Assembly: GCF_964213995.1 (NCBI RefSeq)
Contig: NC_135811.1
Location: 77,190,001-77,254,000 of the forward strand
Source: Mustelus asterias
Lineage: Eukaryota
Direction: 5' to 3'
Length of the DNA stretch: 64,000 nt
The notes under the pieces: generated by a model
The model's database searches: none
The model's input: only the letters and a program-made list of their open reading frames with translations
Told to the model about the DNA's origin: nothing
Shown here: piece after piece, positions 26,091-38,289 of the stretch
How positions within the stretch are numbered: the first letter of the stretch is position 1
Layout: every line of letters begins with the position of its first letter
Program-made: the position numbers and the translations under genes

Positions 26091-26889
26091 TTTTTTAGCA
26101 GCAACAGAAAAGGAGACAAGAGAGGTGGAGTGGTTTTGCGAGGGAATTTCAGCATTTGGGCCTAAACGGCTAAAGACATGGCTGTCAACGATGACACAAA
26201 GGAAATGAAGGATGCATAAGGGGCCAGAGATGGAGGTAGGTAGCATTCCGGCAAGGTTGTAGGGGTCAAAGAGATAGGGAGGAGTGAGGGCACTCACTGA
26301 GAGACAAATCATGCCACATCTCAGCTTTGATCTCCTGTCACTGCTGAGGTGGCTGCTCTGGGATAAACAGACGCTGGAACCAGCCTCAGCACTGCTGAGC
26401 TAGCGAGGAGAATAATTAGCCATTTCTGACTGCTATCCAGTGATCCTGCTGGAGGGCACAAACGTGTGAATTTCAAGTGAGGACTAGACTGTGCCCACCT
26501 GTGGTGACTCACATGGTTGAACAGTCTGCCAACACACATAAAGAATCGTTACTTGGGCCAAGTACGATATGGTAACTAACGCCCATGAAACATATCTTAG
26601 CAACACCTCAGGGACATAGGGAAAAGATGAAAGTTAACATCAATGAAGTATTCAATGATTCTAAACATATCCAAAGATGTGCAGGTTAGTTGATTGGCCA
26701 TGCTAAATTGCTCCTTAGTGTCAGGGGGACTAGCAGGGCAAATACGTGGAGTTGCGGGGATAGGGCCTGGGTGGGATTGTTGTCGGTGCAGGCTCGATGG
26801 GCCGAATGACCTCCTTCTGTAGGGATTCTATGACCCTAAGCCTGCCCGAAACACTGACCTCACATTTGCCAAATAAAAACTATTTGCTA

Positions 26890-27090
26890 AATGCTGAAAA
26901 TTGGAAATAAAAGCAGAAAATGCTGCAAAAACCTATAGCAGTGCAGGTAGAATCTGTGAAAAGGAGAATTAAGTTAATGTTTCAAGTTAGTGATTTATAA
27001 TCAGAACTCTGATCTGAGACATTAACTCTATTTCTCTCTCCTCAAATGCTGCCAGATGTGCTGTGTATCGCCAGCAATTTCAGTTTTTTA
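26890..27090. mobile_element. Degenerate Penelope-like inverted terminus
   Basis: Decayed relative of 9222-9436. Confidence 0.5.
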
Positions 27091-27343
27091 ATACTGATCT
27101 TAGACACATTCACCAATGATTCGATACAAAATCCCCATCACGGTATCTTCAAACCTGGGGGGTTTCTGGTTCATATCCTGAGTATATATAGAAGGGTCCA
27201 AAGGGAACAGAAAACCAGAAATGATACCCAAACAAATTATGTCCAAAAATAATTCAACTGCATTTTCGAGGTTACAACAGCTTGCTCTTTTTAAAGTGAT
27301 GGGATATTTGTCTCAAAGGACTAACATTTTTCCTTTGTTACAG

Positions 27344-27429
27344 GTTTCCCACTCACTGTTATGAATTGATCCAAACCTGATAGAACAGAAGACAAAAGCG
27401 ATTTTGAAATTGGCAGAGAGTTCCAAGCA
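27344..27429 (+). other. Candidate 86-nt non-coding exon
   Basis: Branch point ctaac, tract atttttcctttgttacag|, donor GCA|gtaagt. Stops in all three frames. Confidence 0.3.
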
Positions 27430-27587
27430 GTAAGTGAACTTACCCCAAAGTAAACTTGTCAAACATGTTAAAGGCAGAGGATGGAAATTCTTGTGGATTT
27501 GTGTACAGAAGCAAAAAGCTTTGAAATTGCTACCCTTCTCTCGGGTGTGCAGTTCAGACATATATCCCACCTAATTGGCGACAGTGA

Positions 27588-27866
27588 GTGGCACGGTGGC
27601 ACAGTGGTTAGCACTGTTGCTTCACAGCGCCAGGGACCTGGGTCTGATTCCCAGCTTGGGTCACTTGTCTGTGTGGACTCTGCACGTTCTCCCCATGTCT
27701 GCGTGGGTTTCCTCCGGGTGCTCCGGTTTCCTCCCACATTCTGAAAAATGTGCTGGTTAGGTGCATTGATCCGAACAGGTGTCGGACTGTGGCGACTAGG
27801 GGAATTTCACAGTAACTTTTTTGCATTGTTAATGTAAGCCTTACTTGTTACTAATAAATTACTTTA
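27588..27866 (+). mobile_element. Type B SINE
   Basis: Head plus Rex1-like tail. Confidence 0.85.
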
Positions 27867-28282
27867 TTCAATAAGTGCATTGTGCATATGCAGATAGCTG
27901 CAGAATTACTTGTATTATAAAAATGTACTTAACCATGCCTATGAAGAGAAAATGTATTATCTTTTCTCTTTTATTAATCTTTTCATTAATTTTATTTGCT
28001 ACTGTAGAGCGTGCACTCACTTATTAAAAGTTTTTGGGTGGAATTTTCTAAATCCCCTCACCCCTGCCATAGAGGAGGCATCCCACCATTGGCTGCTGGT
28101 GGGATCTTCTGGTCTCGGTACTCTCAATGGGTTTACCCGTTGCTCGCCGCGGGTACAGGGTCACCATCAGCAGGACTGGAATATCTCACTGGCAAGAATA
28201 GCTGGAAGATTTCAGTCCTTATAACTGGAATGTCTGGGTCTTAGTACATACATTTTTAATGATACCTGTTTTGTAAAACAAT

Positions 28283-28625
28283 CGGGGAGGCAGTGACTTG
28301 GTAGTATTATCACTGGACTAATAATCCGGAGGCCAAGGGAAATGCTCTGGGGACCCGGTTTCGAATCCCACCACAGCATAAATCTGGAATTAAAAGTCTA
28401 ATGATGACCATGAAACCATTGTCGATTGTCGTAAAAACCCATCTGGCTCAGTAACGTTCTTTAGGGAAGGAAATCTGCCGTCCTTACCTGGTCTGGCCTA
28501 CATGCAACTCCAGATCCACAGCAATGTGGCTGACTTTCAAATGCCCTCCGCAATGGAGGGCAGTTGGTTACGCTCAATAAATGCTGCGCCCTGCCAGCGA
28601 CACTTACCTCCTGTGAATGAATAAA
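28283..28625 (+). mobile_element. SINE family C
   Basis: A/B boxes, core and aataaatgctg tail. Confidence 0.85.
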
Positions 28626-29126
28626 AACAAATGCTGGTCTGGCCCGTCACTACTTTCATAAGAAGAAGTTTGGCCCTTTGGATCATTTGAGTTTGATATC
28701 CCTGGGCCACATGAATGACAGAGCTGGGCTCAGGGCCTGTTCCTATGTACGCCATCAGGGAAAAGTAACTTTGAAGCATCTCCATGGATACCAGTCTGAC
28801 TGGGATACTGACTGAATATTACTGAAGCACTTGCAGTTAATGACTGCCATTTAATACAGCTGCTTCGGGGGTTATCAACAGTTATCAGCTGACTTTACTG
28901 ATTAGATTTTCAGTAGCATTCATTATTTCAATAGAAATATTATGAGAAGCAGGAAAAGTGTGTCTTAAATCATTGCTTCTTGCACTGTGATTTTAAAGAG
29001 TACCAAAACATCTTTAATATTTAATTTCCACATAAAATCCCACATTGATTTTCCGTTCTATTTTGATGAGGGTGGTTATAATGCAGTCTAAGAGGATCTA
29101 TAGCATTTTTAACATAAAATTATCAA

Positions 29127-29667
29127 AGAATCCCTACAGTGCAGGAGGAGGCCATTTGGCCCATTGAGTCTGCACCGACCACAATCCCACCCAGGCCCTA
29201 TTTCCATAGCCCCACACATTTACCCTGCTAATCCCCCTGACACGAGAGGCAATTTAGCAAGGCCAATCAACCTAACCCGCACATCTTTGGACTGTGGGAG
29301 CACCTGGAGCACCCGGAGGAAACCCACGCAGACACGAGGGGAAAGTGCAAACTCCACAAAGACAGTGAGCAAGGCCGGAACCGAGCCTGGGTCCCTGGTG
29401 CTGTGAGGCAGCAGTGATAACCACTGTGCCATCCTAATATAGTATTTACCTTCCTAGTCCCCCTGACACTAAGGGGCAATTTAGCATGGCCAATCAACCT
29501 AACCTGCATATCTTTTGGACTGTGGGAGGAAACTGGAGCACCTGGAGGAAACCGACACAGACATGGGGAAAATGTGCAATCTCCATATAGACAGTGACCC
29601 GGAGCCAAAATTGAACCCAGGTCCCTGGCGCTGAGAGGCAACAGTGCCAACCACTGTGCCACCGTGC
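29127..29667 (-). mobile_element. Two tandem HE1-type SINEs
   Basis: Copies at about 29127-29432 and 29444-29667. Confidence 0.88.
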
Positions 29668-30018
29668 AAGAATAATCCATAAACAAATTTGGCAGAGCTA
29701 TGATCCTTTTTAAACCACAGTATCTATCACAATTAGAACACCCTTTTACACCTTGCCGATGGGGATCAGACCAGAGAAGAAATATTACATTCAAAAAGTC
29801 GAATATTTTACAATCACAAACAAGATCGAGAAGGTCAAATATCCAATGATACATAATTTGCTTAAATTGCTGGAACCACAGAAAATATCATCTGCAAAGC
29901 ACAACAAACCAAGGACTGAATAATGATTGTAAAATGTTGGAGATTGGAAATATGTATCTAGAATTTTCCATCAAGATATTACATAGATTGCAGATATTCT
30001 GTGGAAGCATTGAGTGGA

Positions 30019-30360
30019 TCATAGAATCCCTGCAGTCCAGAAGGAGGCCATTCGGCCCATCAAGTCTGCACCAACTCTCCAACAGAGCATTTTACCCAGG
30101 CGCACCCCCGCCCTATCCCCCACAACCCCAGTCATTTACTCCTCTAATTCCCCCTAAGCCGACACATCTTGGGACACAAAGGGGTAAATTAGCATGGCCA
30201 ATCCACCTAACTTACACATTTGGATTGGAAACCGGAGCACCTGGACGAAACCCACACAGACACTGGGAGAAAGTGCAAACAGTCATCCGAGACCAGGAAT
30301 CGAACCCGGGTCTCTGGCACTGTGAGGCAGCAGTGCTAACCACTGTGTCACCTGTGCTAC
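30019..30360 (-). mobile_element. HE1-type SINE
   Basis: Head, V-domain and tail. Confidence 0.85.
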
Positions 30361-31069
30361 ATTGAATAGAACAAAGGGCTTTTGGTCAAGCTACAAGTTG
30401 GTTTAAATGGCCAAATCTAGGAAGTGTTTCAAGATGGCAAGCTCTTTGTGGAAGGTATATTCTCACTTCCGTAACCCTGTTCTGTTAGGTATCTTAGCAA
30501 TCAGGCATTTTAATTTGCAGCAATGATAACTGGATTTCAACAGCATTGCTGCAATACATTTGAATTTAAAGTGTTTGTTTCCAGTGTTCTCTTTTACTCT
30601 TCAGTCAGTGATGATTCATGGGCTTTGATTCCAGTTGCACCAACAACATTCCTGTACCTCACCCAAATGCTAATTATTCATCTGTGAGCCCAAAGAGGTG
30701 ATTGTCAGTAGACTATTGGATCACAGAGGGCATCACAACCAAATCCAATCCTCCTCCATACACAATTCCAGCAGGGAGTGTCTGCTTGGTTTCCTCTCCA
30801 CCCCACTTCCTAGAGCCACCCCGAACTTTACTCCTGCTATCAGTTACTGAGCATAGTCCGGAAATTGAATACTCTTCTATAAGATTTAGTGCTACACTGA
30901 ATGGTGTTTTTATTTACCAAGTGTTGTGACTCACTCCAATCTGGCAATAATTTCTTCCCTTTTTACATAATGGGTTAAAAAAGCATTGCCTCACAAAACA
31001 TAGACTTGAAGAGTTAATATAATATTATGAGGCAGTCACCACTCTAACATTGCTTAAGAGATACTAGCA

Positions 31070-31366
31070 GGGCAGCACGGTGGTTAGCACTGCTTCCTCA
31101 CAGCACCAGGGATCTAGGTTCGATTCGCGGCTTGGGTCGCTGTCTGTGTGGAGCTTGCGCATTCTCCCTGTGTCTGCATGAGTTTCCTCTGGGCGCTGTG
31201 GTTTCCTCCCACAGTCCAAAGATGTGCAGATTATGTGAATTGGCCATGCTAAATTCTCCCTCACTGTACCCGAACATGCCACGGAGTGTGGCAACTAGGG
31301 GATTTTCACAGTAATTTCATTGCAGTGTGAATGTAAGCCTACTTGTGACTAATAAATAAACTTTAA
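31070..31366 (+). mobile_element. Type B SINE
   Basis: Full head and tail. Confidence 0.88.
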
Positions 31367-31554
31367 ATAAACAGGATAAAGACTCTGCACATTTCATACT
31401 AGACAATGCAGCTATTTGGAGAAATTCGCTTTTGAATAGAGACAAAAAGTAAATTTGATCAGACCTTGAGCAGATATCAGGTCATATTAGAATCACCGTC
31501 CTTTCAGATCTCATCACTGTTATATTTAACCTTCCCCTTTCGAGTATATTCAAA

Positions 31555-32100
31555 CTAAAGTTCATTTATTAGTGTCATGAGTAGGCTTACATTAACACTG
31601 ATTTGAATTGATTTATTGTCACATGTATTAATATACAGTGAAAAGTATTGTTTCTTGCATGCTATACAGACAAAGCATACCATTCATAGAGAAGGAATGT
31701 AGTGTTACAGTCACTGTAACTGCAATGAAGTTACTGTGAAAATCCCCTAGTCCCCACATTCTGGTGGGATCAGGCGGGTAAGTGGAACTGATCCACTTCA
31801 GATCAGCCATGATCTTATTGAATGGCGGGGCAGGCTCGAGGGGCTAGATGGCCTACTCCTGCTCCTATTTCTTATGTTCTTATGTTCTTATGGTGCCTGT
31901 TCGGGGACACTGAGGGACAATTTAGCACGGCCAATGCACCTAACCAGCACGTCTTTCAAACTGTGGAAGGAAACCTGAGCACCCAGAGGAAACCCATGCA
32001 GACACGGGGAGAACATGCAGACTTTGCACAGACAGTGACCCAAGCCGGGAATCAAACCCGGTCCCTGGAGCTGTGAGGCAGCAGTGCTAACCACTGTGCC
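31555..32100 (-). mobile_element. Type B SINE carrying two nested insertions
   Basis: Interrupted by a Rex1-type 3' end (31601-31716, minus) and a CR1 3' end (31767-31890, plus). Confidence 0.85.
31767..31890 (+). mobile_element. Young CR1 LINE extreme 3' end and tail
   Basis: Two mismatches versus 62206-62329; TSD tggtg at 31762-31766 and 31891-31895. Confidence 0.92.
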
Positions 32101-32117
32101 AAATTAGCAACTAAACT

Positions 32118-32765
32118 ATAACCCCTAATTCCCTTACCGATCAGGAATCCATCTATCCGTGATTTAAACATATTCAACGAGGTAGCCTCCACCACTTCAG
32201 TGGGCAGAGAATTCCAGAGATTCACCACCCTCTGAGAGAAGAAGTTCCTCCTCAACTCTGTCCTAAACCGACCCCCCTTTATTTTGAGGCTGTGCCCTCT
32301 AGTTCTAGTTTCCTTTCTAAGTGGAAAGAATCTCTCCACCTCTACCCTATCCAGCCCCTTCATTATCTTATAGGTCTCTATAAGATCCCCCCTCAGCCTT
32401 CTAAATTCCAACGAATACAAACCCAATCTGCTCAGTCTCTCCTCATAATCAACACCCCTCATCTCTGGTATCAACCTGGTGAACCTTCTCTGCACTCCCT
32501 CCAAGGCCAATATATCCTTCCGCAAATAAGGGGACCAATACTGCGCACAGTATTCCAGCTGCGGCCTCACCAATGCCCTGTACAGATGCAGCAAGACATC
32601 TCTGCTTTTATATTCTGTCCCCCTTGCGATATAGGCCAACATCCCATTTGCCTTCTTGATCACCTGTTGCACCTGCAGACTGGGTTTTGCGTCTCATGCA
32701 CAACGACCCCCAGGTCCCTCTGCACAGCAGCATGTTGTAATTTATTTCCATTTAGATAATAATCC
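32118..32765 (-). mobile_element. Young CR1 LINE ORF2 C-terminal body lacking its 3' end
   Basis: ORF 32052-32672 is nearly identical to ORF 61658-62230 but stops at GKGIRGY. Confidence 0.95.
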
Positions 32766-33189
32766 ACGATCGTTTTTTTTTAACGCGTGTTGCCTGTATT
32801 TTTACACTTTATGCGAACATGAACTATTCTGCCTATGCAGGATACATCATTCGGTTGAAATACCGTTAAAAAAATGATACCTGGATCAGATGGCACTTCT
32901 GAGTGACACCAAACCGACTGAAGGAATATCATGGGGGTGGAGTGACAATCTCTCAGGCCGGTAGGAAAATGTGTCTACTTGGATGGATGGCGTTCTTAAC
33001 TGCTCCAAAACTCTGAATGGGCTTGCAACCTGTGTGGCTTGCTCTGAGGATAGATGTCACGCCTAACATGATGTTGGTTCTTTAGTCAGCACTTGAACCT
33101 TTAAATTAGATCATGTTGGAAGCGCTTCCACGATCGTTTTTTTTTAACGCGCATTGCCTGTATTTTTACACTTTATGCGAACATGAACT
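32763..33189. repeat. 63-bp direct repeat pair (32763-32825 and 33127-33189)
   Basis: tccacgatcg(t)9aacgcg[tg/ca]ttgcctgtatttttacactttatgcgaacatgaact; the copies differ at 2 nt. Confidence 0.95.
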
Positions 33190-33828
33190 GTCAGTGTGGA
33201 GACGGCAACCTTCAGTACAATCCATGTTCATGACGTGTTAAGGCGTTCACACTGAAGATTTAATTATTGTCGATGCTATTACCGTGAATTGGCAACAAGA
33301 TATTGCAGAGCAATTCATGTATGGATTGGAAACTGAAAATGCACAAAATCGTTGTATTTCTTTTGTTTTAAAAATGCTAAATTGTTTTTTTTGCAATATA
33401 TAAATTATGCAGTAAGCTAAAGTATGGAAATATAATGCTCATTTGTAACCATCTTTAACCTACACTAGCCATTTCTGGGTGACCTGATTAAGCAGCGCTA
33501 TCGGCTTGTTTTGAATTCAACTGGGCTCCTGGAACCTAACTTCCAGCACTGCCCTATTTACTGTAAATTTATATACCAACCCATCACAGGGCAGTGCGGA
33601 AACACTTCCTCAAGCACTTTCAAACCTCTTATATTTGAATCCGCGGTCTAAACAATGAACGTCACCCCGAGATTACAAAAATAATGCATGTATTATTTTC
33701 AAACTTTAAAAAAAATAAGAGAGATTGCTTCTCCAGTAAGTCTTGAATACAAAACAACCTTGGGTAAAAAGGGCTGGCGAATTGTAAATAATTAACCTTC
33801 GATCCAAAGAAATCAAACGTGTTTTTAC

Positions 33829-34250
33829 CTGAAGCTGCTGCTTGGACATGAATCTTCACCTTTCAGAGAGGGCTGCGCTCAAACGCTTCAGTCCACCAAA
33901 CAGGTTCATCTGAACGTGGCTGGAATTCCTGCATATTCTCCTCCCTGGGGAATGTTTCTGGTCGGAGTGCCCTTGAATGTTGATGTAACCTCCCAGCGGG
34001 GTGGGGTGTCCCCTGGCAGGTCTGTGTGGTGTCTTGACTGGGCGATGGTCTTTAATGGCATGCCCCAGCCGACCCACGTATCTGCCTCTCTCTGCCTCTC
34101 CCTCTGTCTCTCGCTTCGCTTTCTCTCTGCGGGTCAGAACTTGTTCTCAGCCGCTCTCTCTCTCTCTCTCTCCCCTTTGCTGTTCGCCTCTGGCTTCCTG
34201 TTGAAATTGAATCTCTCAAACTTCCTCAGTCGCCGAGTTTCAGTCTCATT
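33829..34250 (-). other. Candidate first or 5' UTR exon with promoter-like context
   Basis: Unique, relatively GC/CpG-rich segment with a GA-rich tract, ending at CAG|gtaaaa; possible short start MSKQQLQ. Confidence 0.3.
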
Positions 34251-34414
34251 CTGACAAGGGGGGACTCTATCTGCAATTCTGCAAACTGGAAAATTAATTT
34301 TAAGATTAACAATGAAAAAAAAATCAGTTTCGTTTTTATTGTAAAAGTGTTTCAATAATATAAAACAGTCATGTTTACAATAAGCATAATTAACTGTAAT
34401 TAATTATATGTTTG

Positions 34415-35228
34415 CTGTAGGAAGGATGTTTTTAAACTGGAAAGGGTGCAGAAAAGATTTACAAGGATGTTACCGGGACGGGAAGGTTTGAATTATGAGA
34501 GGCTGGGACATTTTTCTCTGGAACATAGGAGGATGAGAGGTGACCTTATTTAAATTGTATTTATTAGTGTCACAAGTAGGCTTACATTAACTTAGCAATG
34601 AAGTTACTGTGAAAATCCCCTAGTCGCCACACTCCAGCGCCTGTTCAGGTACACTGAGGGAGAATTTAGCATGGCCAATGCACCTGCCCAGCATGCCTTT
34701 CGGAGGAAACCAGAGCACCTAGAGGAAACCCACATAGACACGGGGAGAACGTGCTGACTCCTCACAACAGTACCCTGGGCCAGGAATCGAACCCGGGTCC
34801 CAGGGGCTGTGAGGCAGCAGTGCTAACCACTGTGCCACCGCGTCAACCTCATGGATGTTTGTAAAATCATGATGGGTATAGATAAGGTGAATAGCCAGAG
34901 TCATTTTCCCAGGTATGGGGTGTCCAAAACTAGAGGGCATAGGTTTAAGGTGAGAGGTGAAAAATGTTAAAGGGACCTGAGGGGTAACTTTTTCACACAG
35001 AGGGTGGTGCGTATATGGAATGAACTGCCAGAGGAGTTGGTAGAGGTGGGTATAATGACAACATTTAAAAGACATTTGGACAGGTACATGGATAGGGAAA
35101 GGTTTAGAGGGATATGGGCCAAGCGCAGGCAAATGGGACTAGTTCAGTTTAGGAAACCTGGTCGGCATGGACAAGTTGGGCCGAAGGGCCTGTTTCTGTG
35201 CTGTATATCTCTATCACTATGACTCTAC
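34415..35228 (+). mobile_element. CR1 (HER1-like) 3' fragment with a type B SINE inserted (about 34550-34842, minus)
   Basis: RKDVFKLERVQKRFTRML...RGDL, then SINE, then FFTQRVVRIWNELPEE. Confidence 0.88.
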
Positions 35229-35809
35229 AAGTTAAGCAAATAACAAGCTAGAAGTTAAGTAATAGTCAATATAGTAAATTCCAAGTTAATTAATAGTTAC
35301 TGATATTTGAGCTTTTAAATAAAGGTTAGATGTTGATTGGCATTAATTAAATTGAATTACTAGTTATGAGAGTTGAATTAATAATTGTTTTATGGGGAGG
35401 ATTGTTTCAGGGAATAACGCAGATCCTGCTCCCTCTAACTGGTTCACCACAGGGAAACCAGGATATAGGAGTGGGTACAAATTACAGGCACTCACTGCGA
35501 TGGATGTTGAAGTTATAATTAGCCTTTTCATTAACAACTCTTCCTGTAGACTGGAGATTCAGCTGGATATGACCAGCTGGTTGTGTGCTGTTCACTGGAG
35601 AATGTGAATGTTGACCACACTCCATTTTGCAGCCAGATACTCAAAGCATTGGCCTGGATTTAACTGTTGCCCAATTCAGGTTCAAAGACAACCGAACGGA
35701 GGAGCAGCGGTGGAATGTAGGGCAATCTCTTTATTTAAATCTCCCTGAAAAAGAATGAACCCCCCCCTCCCCCCCTCCCACCGGGCAGTACCCCCCCCCC
35801 ACCGGGCAG

Positions 35810-36428
35810 TATAGTGGCACAATGGTTAGTACTGCTGCCTCAAAGCACCAGGGACCCAGGGGCCCAATTTCAAATCCAGCCTCGGGTCCTCACTCGGGGA
35901 GTTTGCACATTCTTCCTGTGTCTGGGTGGGTTTCCTCCAAGTGCTCCAGTTTCTTCCCACAGTCCAAAGGTTTACAGTATATTTATTAGTGTCACAAGTA
36001 GGCTTACATTAACTCTGCAATGAAGTTACTATGAAAATCCCCTAGTCGCCACACTCCGGCGCCTGTTCGGACACACTGAGGGAGAATTTATCATGGTCAA
36101 TGCATCTAACCGGCAGGTCTATTGGACTGTGGGAGGAAACCGGAGCACCCAGACGAAACCCATGCAGACATGGGGAGAACGTGCAGATTGCATGCAGACA
36201 GTGACTCAAGCCAGGAATCAAACCCGGGTTCCTAGTGCTGTGAGGCAGCAGCGCTAACCACTGTGCCACCGTGATGTGCAGGTTAGGTTGATTGGCCATG
36301 CAAAATTGCCCCTTTGTGTCAAGGCAATGAGCAGGGGATAGGGCCCGCATGAGATTGATGTCGGTGCACACTCGATGGGCCAAATGGCCATCTTCTGCTC
36401 TGTAGGAATTCGATGATTCTATGATTCC
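35810..36428 (+). mobile_element. Type A SINE (plus) with a type B SINE (35975-36272, minus) nested in it
   Basis: Type A breaks after cagtccaaag and resumes gatgtgcaggttagg at about 36273. Confidence 0.85.
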
Positions 36429-37191
36429 ATGTTGATACCCAAAATGGACATGTAATCCCACCCACTGCTCTCATTATCCTGTCAATGAACAGTTGAGACA
36501 AAGCCTGGCGAAGGTAAGCTGGTCCCAGGTTGATGCTACCACTAAGCAAACTAGGCACTCCTGGGAGCGGAGACGAAGACAGCCACTGAGGAAGGCAATG
36601 TGACTGTGAAAGTGAGTTTTAGTAAACACCTTGTCAAACACCAGGGGGGAAATGGGAAGCAATGAAGGGGACAGGACAAAAGAGACAAATGGAAATTCTG
36701 TCGGAGAGAAGAGCAGTACATCTTCAGAGTAGGCATTCCTGGAAGAAACTAAACACTCACCTGGGGCAGCAAGACTTGGAGGGGAAAGGGCTTCAGGTAG
36801 TTGGGGGGGGGGAGGGGGGTTGGCAGGGCAGCAGCAAGATACTGCCAGCTTTCAAAAAAATGGGAACTGAAACCATAATTAGTTGCCAGTAAACAAGAGG
36901 AAAGAAACTCCTATTCCCATTGTCATGAGGCATTGCCACAAGGTGGCATTAAATCCAACACAGTGCTGTCCAATCTGATTCAAACCTCCTTGACCCAAAA
37001 CAGATGCCAGGAGGACTCTGATTGGCTAGGATTTTGGCATTGGTGGGATCTCATTGAGGGACCAGGCACGAGCAGCAAGTGTTGGTCCGAATGTAATGGG
37101 GGCGAACGGGTTTGAATCAATTCATTTCTGACCAGGTCAGTGATTTGGTTCCAAAGATTAAGGCAAACGCTCCCACATTATTTCAATTTAT

Positions 37192-37520
37192 CGGGCAGCA
37201 GGATAGCACTCTGGTTGGCCCTGCTGCCTCACAGCGCCAGGGACCCGGGTTTGATTCCCGGCTTGGGTCACTGTCTATGTGGAGTCTGCACGTTCTCCCC
37301 GTGTCTGCATGGGTTTCTTCCGGGTGGGTTTCCTCCGGGTGCTCCGGTTCTCTCCCACAGTCCGAAAGACATGCTGGTTAGGTGTCTTGGCCATGCTACA
37401 TTCTCCCTCAGTGTACCCGAACAAGTGCCGGACTGTGGTGACGAAGGGATTTTCGCAGTAACTTAATTGCAGTGTTAATGTAAGTCTACTTGTAACACTA
37501 GTAAATAAACTTTAAACTTA
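37192..37520 (+). mobile_element. Type B SINE
   Basis: Head, small internal duplication, tail. Confidence 0.85.
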
Positions 37521-38079
37521 CTATGACTGGAAACTAAACAACAAATTTTCATCTCACAGCTCACTCGTTGCTCTGGTGTGTCTACACAGCACAGCATAGC
37601 AGCGAGTCTGATTTCCCAATGTGGAGGCAGTGAATCGCCACATTAACTTGCTCCCTAAGCCCATCCCCAGATTCCCAAGACTTGTGTCCTCTGAAAACTC
37701 TCTCACGTATTGCAACTGGCTTTTTGTGTGATGTCTCATCCTTTGACATCCCCTAGAATATAAGGCAGGGCGATTCCAGGCTGAATGATCACCCAGGGCG
37801 GCAAATATTCTCACGCTGGCCCTGGCTGGTGCTGTATTTAAGCACCAGAACATTTAGAAAACAGGGATATAACTCTACCAACAGGCTGGGATCATGTTTA
37901 GTATCTCTCAGTTCAGCATCAAAATGAAGTGAAACTTTTAAAAACTAAGGCACAAGGAACAGAAACAACTGGAATAAATTACTTCCATATTTTAACACTT
38001 TGGGTGTCGTTGTCAAGTTTAAATTTTATAAATTACTCGATAAAAATCCAACTATCCAGCTCAGAGTCATACACCTGAC

Positions 38080-38255
38080 AATTTCAAGAAGAAATTAGAT
38101 GTAGCGCTTGGGCTAAAGGGACCAAGGGATATGGGAGGAAGGGGGGTGGAGGGATCAGGATATTGAATTCGATGATCAGCCATGATCAAAATGAATGGCG
38201 GAGCAGCCCCGAGGGGCCAAATGGCCTACACCTGCTTCTAGTTTCTATGTTTCTT
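38080..38255 (+). mobile_element. CR1 LINE 3' end
   Basis: FKKKLD remnant and 3' UTR. Confidence 0.75.
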
Positions 38256-38289
38256 ATAGCTCATTGTTTCTAGGCAATTTTTAAAAATT

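Noticed and set aside
33829-33849. MSKQQ start reminiscent of SEPT2
   Set aside because: Five residues only, and no septin exons were found downstream in the window.
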